Origin: Gemmatimonadota bacterium
Lineage (GTDB): Bacteria; Gemmatimonadota; Gemmatimonadetes; Gemmatimonadales; GWC2-71-9
Direction of reading: 5' to 3'
Length of the DNA: 64,000 nt
Assembly: GCA_003222135.1 (NCBI GenBank)
Contig: QHUM01000046.1
Location: forward strand, 1,664 to 65,663
Part shown: positions 42,919 through 51,448 of the stretch, in pieces
Layout: each line of letters opens with the position of its first letter
Position numbering within the stretch: position 1 is the first letter of the stretch
Made by a program: the position numbers and the translations under genes
Notes under the pieces: model-generated
Told to the model about the DNA's origin: nothing
What the model saw: the letters and a program-made list of their open reading frames with translations, nothing else
Database searches by the model: none

Positions 42919-43641
42919 TCAGCTCCTCGCCTTCTTCCACTGGCGGGGATCGAACAGGACGTCGGCGAGTGGTGTGTCGGTCTTGATCGCGGTGTACTGC
43001 TCGAGCCAGCGCTCCTGCCCATCCACCAGGAACGCCACCTCCGCCGAGAGCCAGGCGCTCCCGGCTGCCTGGTACTTGTTGAAGCGGATGTCGCTGGTGC
43101 GGGTGGTGTCCCGCTGACCCGGCTCGAGCAGCCGTACGAAGACGAGGCGCTCGCGGTCCACCCAGAACTGCCGCGTACGCAGATCGCCCGATTTGGCGCC
43201 GACGACGTAGACGGGACGGCCCTCCCACGAGTCCCCGTGCACGGTCGCGAGGTCGAACTTGAGCCGCTCGAGCCGCGCCACGGTCTGCTCCACCGGGTCG
43301 AAATAGACGTCGAAGCCCAGCACCATGAGCGGATGAATGAACGCCGACGCGTTCCCGATCGTGTCGGCGGCGAAGACGAACTGGGAATCGTGCACGAACA
43401 GGATGCCGCTCCCGGAATCGGGGGGGACGAACTCGATGCGCAGCTTTCCCGGAAGCGCGGCGTACTCGCGCCACACGGAGTGCTGCCGCGAGCCGTCGGG
43501 CCGGGTCGCGGTGTTCTGCTGGACGAAGGTGAGTGTGCGGTACCACTTTCCCGCGTAGCGGTCGTGCATCGCTTTGATGACGTCGCGCCCACTGGGCGGC
43601 GACGGTACGAGCGCGCACAGGAGCAGTAGCTGTTGCAGCAC
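42919..43641 (-). CDS. secreted hypothetical protein (LolA-like / lipoprotein-sorting-like fold suspected)
   Basis: 240 aa from GTG 43641 with AGGGGGA upstream. N-terminal hydrophobic LQQLLLLCALV. The fold call rests only on size, context after a two-component pair, and sequence style. Confidence 0.45.
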   Translation of the reverse strand: MLQQLLLLCALVPSPPSGRDVIKAMHDRYAGKWYRTLTFVQQNTATRPDGSRQHSVWREYAALPGKLRIEFVPPDSGSGILFVHDSQFVFAADTIGNASAFIHPLMVLGFDVYFDPVEQTVARLERLKFDLATVHGDSWEGRPVYVVGAKSGDLRTRQFWVDRERLVFVRLLEPGQRDTTRTSDIRFNKYQAAGSAWLSAEVAFLVDGQERWLEQYTAIKTDTPLADVLFDPRQWKKARS

Positions 43642-43649
43642 GGATCCCC

Positions 43650-44342
43650 CTAGCGTTCGAGCCGATACCCGGATTTGCGAACCGTGAGAATATGGCGCGG
43701 CGCCGCCGGGTCGTTCTCGAGCTTGCGGCGCAGCTCGGCGACGTGCGTGTCCACCGTGCGGCTCAGCACCTCGGCGCTGTACCCCCACACCTCGCGCAGC
43801 AGGTCGAGCCGCGTCACCACGGCACCGCGACGCCGCAGCAGCGCGACCAGCAGGTCGAACTCCTTCGGCGTGAGCGGCACCGACTGGCCGCCCCGGAGCA
43901 CCGTGCGGGAGGCGGGGATCACCTCGACGTCACCGAAGCGCTCGGGCGGGGGGCCGCCGTTTCCCCCGGGGAGGGGTGGCGCCGCACGGCGCAGCAGGGC
44001 CTCCACGCGGGCGAGCAGCTCGAGCACGCCAAACGGCTTGGTCACGTAGTCGTCCGCGCCCAGCCGCAGGCCGCGCACTTTGTCCGCCTCCTCGCCCCGC
44101 GCGGTGAGGATCAGAACGGGCATGGTGCGGCCGGCCTCGCGCAACGCGCGCAACACGCGAAAACCGTCCATCCCGGGAAGCATGAGATCGAGGATGATCA
44201 GGTCGGGCCGGCCGTCGCGCGCGCGCGCCAGTCCCTTCGTGCCGTCGTCCGCCACCTCGACCTGATAGCCTTCGATCTCCAGGTTGTTGCGCAAACCGTA
44301 GGCGAGATCGGGGTTGTCTTCGACCACGAGGATGCGCGTCAT
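43650..44342 (-). CDS. OmpR/PhoB-family response regulator
   Basis: MTRILVVEDNPDL..DLMLPGMDG..LTARG (receiver) and LTPKEFDLLVALL...RTVDTHVAELRRKL (winged helix). Confidence 0.92.
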   Translation of the reverse strand: MTRILVVEDNPDLAYGLRNNLEIEGYQVEVADDGTKGLARARDGRPDLIILDLMLPGMDGFRVLRALREAGRTMPVLILTARGEEADKVRGLRLGADDYVTKPFGVLELLARVEALLRRAAPPLPGGNGGPPPERFGDVEVIPASRTVLRGGQSVPLTPKEFDLLVALLRRRGAVVTRLDLLREVWGYSAEVLSRTVDTHVAELRRKLENDPAAPRHILTVRKSGYRLER

Positions 44343-46042
44343 GCCGGCACGCTCGCGGAGCCGTCGGGCCGTCCCGCGACGCGGGAGGATGGCTCGAGCG
44401 GCAGCTCGATGACGAACCGCACTCCCCGTCCGCCCGCGGCGAGCGTGCCGTTCTGTCCGTCCTCCGCCCAGGCGCGCCCGCCGTGCAGCGCCACCAGCTC
44501 GCGCACCACCGCGAGCCCGATGCCGGTACCGGCGACGGCCGAGCCCCGGTCTCGCTCGAGGCGCCAGAAGCGGTCCCACACGCGCTCGCGGTCCGCGGCG
44601 GGGATGCCGGGCCCCTGGTCGTCGACCCAGATCCGCGCGCGCTGGTCGCCGGCGGCGAGGCCCACGGTCACGACCTGGCCCGGGGGTCCGTACTTGACGG
44701 CGTTGTCGAGCAGGTTGAGGAGCATCTGGCGGAACGCCTCGGCGTCCACCGGGGCGACGACGCCCTCTGCGAGCTCGGACCGGAGGCTGACGCCGCGCGC
44801 GCCCGCGAGCGGCGCGAACCCTTCGAGGGCTTCTTGCACCAGCGGCGCGAGCGGCGCGCGCGCCGGCGACAGGCGCGTGGCCTGGCGCTCCGAACGGGAG
44901 AAGTGCAGCAGGTTCTCCACGAGATGGGTGAGCCGGCGCGCTTCCTGATCGATGATCTCGAGCGAGCGACGGCCTTCCTCTTCGGATCGCACGCGCCCCA
45001 GCAGCAGCGTCTCCGAGAACATCCGGATCTGCGCCAGCGGCGTCCGCAGCTCGTGGGACACGCCCGAGACGAAGTCGGTGCGCAGCCGGGCGAGCTCGTA
45101 TTCGCGCCGCAGCTGGACCAGGGCGGTCACGATGAGCCCGGCCGTGAGCCCGAGCGCGCCGAGCAGGAGCGGGAGGCGAGAGCGCGGCAGGCCGCCGATC
45201 ACGAGCTGCGACGCTAGCTCGGGGCGGAGCGCGACCGCCACCTGCATCGCTCCCATCATGGCTTCGACCGTGTCCCGCGCCGAGAACGTGGTCGCGTACT
45301 GCACCGGGGAGCGGTACAGCTCGGCGCCGTCCGCGGCCGTCACGACGACCGACATGAGGGAGTCGAACACAACGCCGCCGGTGAGGGGGCGCGGCAACAG
45401 CGGCTGCTTCTCGGCCCCCATGGTATAGAACGGCTCGAACGCTGCGGGATCGACGTCGACGCCGACGACCGTGCGGGGCACGCCCGTCTCTTCCTTGCCC
45501 GCGTAGATGAGCGCATGGCGCACTCCGGCGACCCGCGCCACGATCACGGCGAGGTGCTCCATCGGTTGATATACGGTGCGGGCGTGCGCGGGCAGCGTGT
45601 CCAGCAGCCAGGCGCGCTCTGCCGCCGACGGCGTGCCGCCCGAGGTTTCGAGGCGGCCGGTCGCAAGGTCCAGGCGAAAGGTGTAACGCGCCAGCTTGAG
45701 GAAGGCCGCCGCGTGGGGCTTTAGCCCGGGCGCGAGCCGCTCCGGGCGCGGGAGCGGCGGCCCCGCTCCCGGTGCGGCGGCCTGCGCGTGCAGCAACGCC
45801 TCCATCGGCGGCCACGCCGCCATGTAGTAGAGGTTGGCTCCCGTGCGGAGCGCGAAGCGTGACGCCGCGAGCCGCGCATAGTCGCGCAATACCCGCTCGG
45901 CGGTGGCCCGATGATGCAGGAACGTCCGATGAGCCTGGAACGCGAGCAGGCCCGCCAGCAGCAGACTGGCGAGCAACATCACCGCGATCAAGACGCCGCG
46001 CGGGCGGCGGGGGACGTGCCGCATCTCGTTGGCCAGGTCCAT
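44339..46042 (-). CDS. sensor histidine kinase
   Basis: H-box SHELRTPL, N box LLNLLDNAVKY, and G boxes DQGPGI and GTGIGLAV. Two TM segments flank a periplasmic domain. ATGA overlap with the regulator. Start at ATG 46042. Confidence 0.88.
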   Translation of the reverse strand: MDLANEMRHVPRRPRGVLIAVMLLASLLLAGLLAFQAHRTFLHHRATAERVLRDYARLAASRFALRTGANLYYMAAWPPMEALLHAQAAAPGAGPPLPRPERLAPGLKPHAAAFLKLARYTFRLDLATGRLETSGGTPSAAERAWLLDTLPAHARTVYQPMEHLAVIVARVAGVRHALIYAGKEETGVPRTVVGVDVDPAAFEPFYTMGAEKQPLLPRPLTGGVVFDSLMSVVVTAADGAELYRSPVQYATTFSARDTVEAMMGAMQVAVALRPELASQLVIGGLPRSRLPLLLGALGLTAGLIVTALVQLRREYELARLRTDFVSGVSHELRTPLAQIRMFSETLLLGRVRSEEEGRRSLEIIDQEARRLTHLVENLLHFSRSERQATRLSPARAPLAPLVQEALEGFAPLAGARGVSLRSELAEGVVAPVDAEAFRQMLLNLLDNAVKYGPPGQVVTVGLAAGDQRARIWVDDQGPGIPAADRERVWDRFWRLERDRGSAVAGTGIGLAVVRELVALHGGRAWAEDGQNGTLAAGGRGVRFVIELPLEPSSRVAGRPDGSASVPA

Positions 46043-46253
46043 CGAGCGTTCCCGAGAAATGCACGCGATTCGACCGAGTTTCAAGGCGGTCTGACGGTTT
46101 GCTGACAATCTCCGCACCGCGTCTCCACCTGAAGGGCCGTGGCGCTGGATAGAATGCATGTGGGTCGCGGCCGAAGGGTGACGGCCACTTCGTCCCGACC
46201 AGTCAACCCGGGGTGCAGTACACGGCCCCGGGTTTGGCTTTTATGTTCCGATC

Positions 46254-46730
46254 ATGTCACTGTCGCTCTCAAGTGCAGCATTCAAAGAAGGCGCGGCCAT
46301 CCCCGGCAAACACACGTGCGACGGCGCGGACGTATCGCCCCCGCTCGGCTGGAGCGGCGCGCCGCCGGGCACCGCCGCCTTCGTGCTGATCGCCGACGAT
46401 CCCGACGCGCCGGCCGGGACCTGGGTGCATTGGGTGCTGTACGACCTTCCGGCAGCCGTGCTGCAGCTGCCCGAGAACGTCGACAGGAGCGACGCCCCGG
46501 CGGGCCTGGGCGGCGCGCGACAAGGGCGGAACGACTCCCGGCGCGTCGGGTACGCCGGGCCGTGCCCGCCCCCCGGGCCGGCACACCGCTACTTCTTCAA
46601 GCTGTACGCCCTCGACGCGCCGCTGAAATTGAAGGCCGGCGCGACGAAGCGGGAGGTGGAGACGGCAATGCAGGGACACGACCTGGGAACGGCCCAGCTG
46701 ATGGGGATGTACGCGAGGCAACAGCGGTGA
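46254..46730 (+). CDS. YbhB/YbcL-family PEBP (Raf-kinase-inhibitor-like) protein
   Basis: CDGADVSPPLGWSGAP, DDPDAPAGTWVHW and GYAGPCPPPGPAHRYFFKLYALD are PEBP signatures. Confidence 0.88.
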   Translation: MSLSLSSAAFKEGAAIPGKHTCDGADVSPPLGWSGAPPGTAAFVLIADDPDAPAGTWVHWVLYDLPAAVLQLPENVDRSDAPAGLGGARQGRNDSRRVGYAGPCPPPGPAHRYFFKLYALDAPLKLKAGATKREVETAMQGHDLGTAQLMGMYARQQR

Positions 46731-47281
46731 GAACCCTCGGCGTTGTGCTGCTAGCGTGCAGCGCTGCCTTCGGGAGCCGGGGGGGAGAGGTACCCATCGC
46801 CCCTCCGTTCGAGGTCATCGTTCTCCCCGCGGGGCTCCGCGGCATGATGAGCGCCGTCTGGATCCAAAACAACCGTCACTGGGACGAGCTCGCGGGCCAG
46901 AACACCCTCACGCAGCTGCTGGGGACGGGGAAGCCGACCCAGCGCGAGTACTTGGGATGCCTCGCCGGCGAGGTCGCGAACGACACGCTCTGGGTGCGCG
47001 AGCTCCTCGCGGCCGCTGAGCTCAAGCAGCTGCAGTTCGCGGTGGCGGGCAATTGCGACCAGGTCGACCACTTGGTGGGGACGTGGCACACGCACCCGTA
47101 CCGGGCCGGCCCGGACGGCGGTGCCTTGAAAGAACGCGGTCTGTCGGCGCTGGACCTCGCCACCTTCGCGGCCGCCCGCGATCTCATCAGCGTCGTCATG
47201 TGGGACATGGATTCGATCGACGTGGCGGCGAAGGCGCCCGACGGGTCGGTCCGCCATCCGGTCGCGCTCAGCCCGCGCTAG
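46727..47281 (+). CDS. lipoprotein with JAB/MPN-like metalloprotease motif
   Basis: GTGA overlap with the PEBP stop. Lipobox VVLLAC. Motif GEV...HLVGTWHTHP-(16 aa)-SALD resembles E..HxH..SxxD of JAMM, but with a longer His-Ser spacer. Confidence 0.45.
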   Translation: MRTLGVVLLACSAAFGSRGGEVPIAPPFEVIVLPAGLRGMMSAVWIQNNRHWDELAGQNTLTQLLGTGKPTQREYLGCLAGEVANDTLWVRELLAAAELKQLQFAVAGNCDQVDHLVGTWHTHPYRAGPDGGALKERGLSALDLATFAAARDLISVVMWDMDSIDVAAKAPDGSVRHPVALSPR

Positions 47282-48786
47282 CGCGCGGCGCCTACGTCCG
47301 CGTCGAAAACTCCCGTCAGAATCCGGCCATGGCGCTTGACCTGCACCCACAGGCGGTAGCGCCCCGGCGTGGGAAACGCATAGGGGAAGGACACTGCGTC
47401 TGGGGGTACCTCTCCCTTCTCCCATCTCCCCATAGCCATCGCCGCAAGTCGCTTGCCGAGCTCCCCGCGGATCGTGTCTCCCGGCTGGCGCAGCATGAAC
47501 GTTTGCTGCGCGGCGACCGAGATCGTCCCGGCCGGATGGAGGTGCACGAATACGGCGCCGTCGTCGCGCGTGATCATCGCGTGCGCCGCCATGCCCATGT
47601 AGGGCTCGAGCGCCGCCGGCTTGCTGTCCGGTGTCCGGACCAGGAACGTGAGCGGAGCGTCTCGATCGACGACGATCGGGGCATCCCCACGGTTCCAGGT
47701 CATGGTCGAGCCGTCCGCTAGTAGGGAAACGGCTCCCGTCTCCCGTCTCCCGCCTCCCGACCACCAGGCGTCGTCTGTGCCGCCGGGAGTCGGGAGACGG
47801 GAGACGACGGCGGGCGGCAGATCGAGCCTCGCAACCAGCGTCTGTGCGAACCCGCTCTCATGCACGATGTCTGCGTAGAGGCGATACGTCCCGGGCGGAA
47901 GCGGGGGCAGCAAGGTCTCGAACGTGGTCGAGTCGACGGGAAGGGGATGGAGGTGGGCGAACGCGTCGAGCCCGCCGTCTCGGACGAGAAACAAGTGCAT
48001 CAGGTGGCCGTGGTCCGGGATGAGCGGCGTCCACTGGCGCTGCCGGTTTGCCCAGGAGCTGTCGTCGATGGCGAAGCGCAGCACGCTTCCGGTGGCGGTG
48101 GCCCGCACCGTGGCAGCGGCGTGGAGCGGCTGGTACAACCCGCTGCGGTACGCGGCGTCGACCGCGTTCCACCACGCCCGGCCGCCGAGCAGCGCGAGAG
48201 CGAGCACCAGGGCCCCCACGAAGATCGCGATCCGCGAGCGGAGCGTGCGACGGCGGTCGGGCTCGGCGCCGGGCTCGAGCCCGCTCTCTCGCACGGCGGC
48301 ACCGACGATCGTGAGCGCTCCCACGCACAGGAATGCCCCGAGCGCGAGCAGCGCCGCACCGAGCGGCTTCTCGAGCGCGAGTCGCCGGGTCGCCACGGCC
48401 ATGACGGGAACGAGCGTCGTGCCGGTTCCCGCCTCTCCCTCGACGGTCACCCGCACGCTGTAAGCGCCGGCGCTCATGAGCCACAGGGCTGCGCTGTAAA
48501 GCGTCGAGTCGCCGGGGACGGGGGCCGCGACGTCGGGGGGTGGCGGGGCCGCGGTCCGCGGGTCCCAGAAGACGGGTAGCACCAGCACGCGCCGGATCAC
48601 GTGCGGGGTGAGCAAGCGGACGGTGATCTGGGCGAGTCCGGGCACCACTCCGGGATTGCGTACGATCACGCGCACCGGGTACGCGCCCGCGGCGCCTTCG
48701 AAATATGTGTCCGGGCTCCCCACGTGCGCCGAGGCGACGAGCGCGATCCCCGCGAGCGCACCCAGCCTGAGCCCGCGGCCCGTCAT
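47278..48786 (-). CDS. hypothetical periplasmic/membrane protein with duplicated H-L-H-P domains
   Basis: 502 aa from ATG 48786 (ATGA overlap with the upstream gene). Signal ending ASA|HVGSP, a central TM pair, and two similar domains (AHLHPLP..PPGTYRLYADI and VHLHPAG..TPGRYRLWVQV). Confidence 0.55.
   Translation of the reverse strand: MTGRGLRLGALAGIALVASAHVGSPDTYFEGAAGAYPVRVIVRNPGVVPGLAQITVRLLTPHVIRRVLVLPVFWDPRTAAPPPPDVAAPVPGDSTLYSAALWLMSAGAYSVRVTVEGEAGTGTTLVPVMAVATRRLALEKPLGAALLALGAFLCVGALTIVGAAVRESGLEPGAEPDRRRTLRSRIAIFVGALVLALALLGGRAWWNAVDAAYRSGLYQPLHAAATVRATATGSVLRFAIDDSSWANRQRQWTPLIPDHGHLMHLFLVRDGGLDAFAHLHPLPVDSTTFETLLPPLPPGTYRLYADIVHESGFAQTLVARLDLPPAVVSRLPTPGGTDDAWWSGGGRRETGAVSLLADGSTMTWNRGDAPIVVDRDAPLTFLVRTPDSKPAALEPYMGMAAHAMITRDDGAVFVHLHPAGTISVAAQQTFMLRQPGDTIRGELGKRLAAMAMGRWEKGEVPPDAVSFPYAFPTPGRYRLWVQVKRHGRILTGVFDADVGAAR
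47733..47806. repeat. second heptad-built palindrome (4x CTCCCGN, 23-nt spacer, 3-4x CGGGAGN), in frame in CDS 47278..48786
   Basis: Sequence is ctcccgt ctcccgt ctcccgc ctcccga - ccaccaggcgtcgtctgtgccgc - cgggagt cgggaga cgggaga cg. On the minus strand it is translated as SRLPTPGGTDDAWWSGGGRRETG. Confidence 0.85.
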
Positions 48787-49946
48787 CGCCGCAGCCTGGC
48801 CATCCAGTTCCCCCACCCGAGGCCGAGCCGCGCGGAGAGCACGGCGAGCAACGCGGCGATCACGAACGCGCGCGGCGTCACCGGATCGGTCTCGGCACGC
48901 CAGAAGTGGTAGCGCCAGGGCCCGGGGCGGCTCGAGTAGTCCCAATGGTCCACGCCGAACAGATAGTTGTGGCTGTGCGGACTGAGCAGAAACTCGCTGA
49001 AGAACCATTGGGTCACGAAGAACACCGCGAGGAAGGCGAGCCCAACCAGGCCGGACAGCCGCCAGTCGCGACCCGGGCCGACGCGCTGCATCAAGAGGTC
49101 GATCGCCAACGCCGGGACCACGAGCAGCAAGGGGAACGGCGGCGGCACCATGTGTGTCAAGGGATTGAAGACCGGCGCGAGCTTCGGGGTCGCGGGCGCG
49201 AGCTGCAGGATCCAGATCATTGCGAGCGAGAAGCCCATGTAGACGAGGGCAGCGGTCGTCGCCGGCCAGCGGAGTCGGACGGCGCGCCCGGCCGCGACGA
49301 GCAGGATGGGCATGGCGCCGGCCGCCACTTGGTAGTAGACCGCGCTATGAGCCACGTTGGGAAAGCCGATCTGCTCGATGCCGATGGTCGCGGCGTTCTG
49401 CAGCAGAATGCCGATCACGTAGGCGCCGAGCAGGCCATATAGCCGTGAGGCCTGCTGCGCCGGACTGCGGTTCTGCAGCGAGAGCACGAGGAAGAGACAG
49501 CCGAGCTGAATCGCCCAGATCCCGAGCGCGAGAATCACGTGCGGAGGCGACAGGACTTTCACGTCGAGGCCGTACGCGTTGTGCCACCAGTTGTCGAACG
49601 GGGCCGAGGTGATCATCGCGAAGGCGCCCCAGATGCACACCCAGGCTCCCAGCGGGCCGCGGAAGCCCCAGAACCCGACCGCAGCGGCCCGCTCTTCCGC
49701 CGTGCCCGCGAAGCTCGTCCGGAGCACGAGCCAGCCGCACCCCAGGCCGGCGAGCACGCCGCCCAGGTAGATGGCTGCGTGCGCGGGGGTCCAAAAGGTG
49801 TCGCGACCGATCGAGCGGTGCCAGGAGATGTCCCAGATGATGCCGACTTTGGCGCTCGTCGCCGCGACGAGCGTGGCGGCGACGTACCAGGGCACGTGCG
49901 CCGCGAGCGGCGGGGCGCGCGTGGTGGGCGTGGCCGCCGCCGTCAT
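48783..49946 (-). CDS. polytopic membrane protein of unknown function with internally repeated W-H...P-x-H motif
   Basis: 387 aa with about 10 TM segments. WDISWHRSIGRDTFWTPAHAAIYLG is repeated as FDNWWHNAYGLDVKVLSPPHVILALG. Confidence 0.6.
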   Translation of the reverse strand: MTAAATPTTRAPPLAAHVPWYVAATLVAATSAKVGIIWDISWHRSIGRDTFWTPAHAAIYLGGVLAGLGCGWLVLRTSFAGTAEERAAAVGFWGFRGPLGAWVCIWGAFAMITSAPFDNWWHNAYGLDVKVLSPPHVILALGIWAIQLGCLFLVLSLQNRSPAQQASRLYGLLGAYVIGILLQNAATIGIEQIGFPNVAHSAVYYQVAAGAMPILLVAAGRAVRLRWPATTAALVYMGFSLAMIWILQLAPATPKLAPVFNPLTHMVPPPFPLLLVVPALAIDLLMQRVGPGRDWRLSGLVGLAFLAVFFVTQWFFSEFLLSPHSHNYLFGVDHWDYSSRPGPWRYHFWRAETDPVTPRAFVIAALLAVLSARLGLGWGNWMARLRR

Positions 49947-49950
49947 CGGA

Positions 49951-51372
49951 TCAGTGGTCCCCCGAGCCGCCGGCGACCAGTCCTTTGCCGCGCCATTTCT
50001 CGAAGATCTTCTTCACCTGCTGGTGGGCGTCGTCCAGCGCCTGCTTGGCGGTCATCCGGCCCGTCGCCGCGTTGGCGAACATGGTGGGGAGGACGAAGGT
50101 GTCGAACACCTCGCTCTCCGCCGGGTTCGCCGGTCCGGGGTGCCCGATGTTGGTCGCCCACTGCAAGGCGGTGCTGATCGGCTTGAGCTTCGAGGGCGGA
50201 TTCGAGCCGAACGGATCGCTCGCCGTCACTTGCTCCAGCCACTTGTTGCCTGAGGCGGCCTTCTGTGCCATGGGCACACCCGGGTCCGCGACAGAGCCCG
50301 TGAACGACGGGAAGTTGTACAGCTTGCTCCCCAGGACGGCGTCGCGGTAGTGGCCGATCAAGTCGACCAAGAACTGTCTCGCGACGTCGGGGCTCTGGGC
50401 GAACTTCCAAATCACATAGATGCCCATCACGTGCTCGCTCGCCCAGCCCGTCCCGCGCGGCCCCTTGAGCGCCGGCACGAAAAAGATGTCATCCGCCACC
50501 GGCAGCTTGTTGTCCTGGGCCGTGCGATATGCGGAGATCGAGTTGAGGATGTAGCCCGTCTGTCTTGCGTTCAACGCTTGGTTGTTCGACGCGGCGTTCC
50601 AGCTCATGACCGATGGGTTCATTCCGGCCTTGAAGAGGCGCACGCCGAACTCCAGCGCCTCGAGCGTGTGATCCGACTTCAAGACCACGTTCTCATTCGC
50701 ATCCTGGACCGATCCGTCGAACGACCAGACCATAGCACGGGCGGCCATGTTGGAGTCGAGCTCCTGCGACATCCCGATCCCGATCGGAATCTGGATTTCG
50801 GGATGCTTTCCTTTGATCAGGGGCGCCGCCTTGACGAGATCTTCCCACGTCACGGGGCCGTCGGGCATGCCGATTTCGGTCCAGAGCGTCTTGAGATAAT
50901 CGCCGGGGTCGGGCACGTAGTTGTCGCTGAAGCCGAACCACTTGCGCGTCACCGGGTTGTAGGTGCTGCGCTTGCACAGGTCGAGGATCGGCCCGTGCTG
51001 GCGCTCCGCCTGCTGCACCACGTCCGCCATGTCGAGCACCTGGGACTCGAATGCGCCGGGAGGCGACAGGAACTGGAACAGGTCGTGCCCCTGCTGCGCC
51101 GCGACCTCGGCGTTGGCGCGCGTCCCCAGGTCGGAGAGCGCGATGTGGTCGACGGTGACGTCGATCTCTTTGGCCGTGCCCCAGTCCTTGGCGTACTTGT
51201 CGAACCACACATCATACGAAGGAACGAAGTGGCTCCACTGGAGGATCTTGAGTGTCTTCTGGGGGCGCTTGAGCCAGATGGTGGGGCCAAGAGCGACGGC
51301 CGCGGCCGCCCCGGTCGTCGTGGTGACGAACTCGCGCCGATCGATGCTGTTCGGCCGCTTCGGCTGCGTCAT
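49951..51372 (-). CDS. ABC transporter substrate-binding protein (family 1, sugar type) with Tat-like signal
   Basis: MTQPKRPNSIDRREFVTTTTGAAAAVALG (twin-Arg). GGAGGA precedes ATG 51372. Length and pattern fit SBP_bac_1/8. Confidence 0.8.
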   Translation of the reverse strand: MTQPKRPNSIDRREFVTTTTGAAAAVALGPTIWLKRPQKTLKILQWSHFVPSYDVWFDKYAKDWGTAKEIDVTVDHIALSDLGTRANAEVAAQQGHDLFQFLSPPGAFESQVLDMADVVQQAERQHGPILDLCKRSTYNPVTRKWFGFSDNYVPDPGDYLKTLWTEIGMPDGPVTWEDLVKAAPLIKGKHPEIQIPIGIGMSQELDSNMAARAMVWSFDGSVQDANENVVLKSDHTLEALEFGVRLFKAGMNPSVMSWNAASNNQALNARQTGYILNSISAYRTAQDNKLPVADDIFFVPALKGPRGTGWASEHVMGIYVIWKFAQSPDVARQFLVDLIGHYRDAVLGSKLYNFPSFTGSVADPGVPMAQKAASGNKWLEQVTASDPFGSNPPSKLKPISTALQWATNIGHPGPANPAESEVFDTFVLPTMFANAATGRMTAKQALDDAHQQVKKIFEKWRGKGLVAGGSGDH

Positions 51373-51402
51373 GGACCTATCCTCCGTTATTCGCGGGAGC
51401 AG

Positions 51403-51438
51403 GGCTCGCAACGGGACAGGGAGTCACCGTTGCGAGCC
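51403..51438 (-). other. perfect 12-bp intercistronic hairpin between the porin and SBP genes
   Basis: ggctcgcaacgg - 12-nt loop - ccgttgcgagcc. No U-tract follows on the minus strand. Confidence 0.6.
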
Positions 51439-51448
51439 TCGTGTCGTG

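Noticed and set aside
44343-46064. N-terminal 570 aa of track ORF 43650..46064, and similar long 5' extensions (7039..8658, 8447..9532, 34882..36678, 47278..49008, 53621..55135, 56163..57308, 57208..58593)
   Set aside because: These extensions read through the upstream gene in another frame. Internal ATG/GTG starts with signal peptides, RBS or ATGA/GTGA coupling give proteins of family-typical length.
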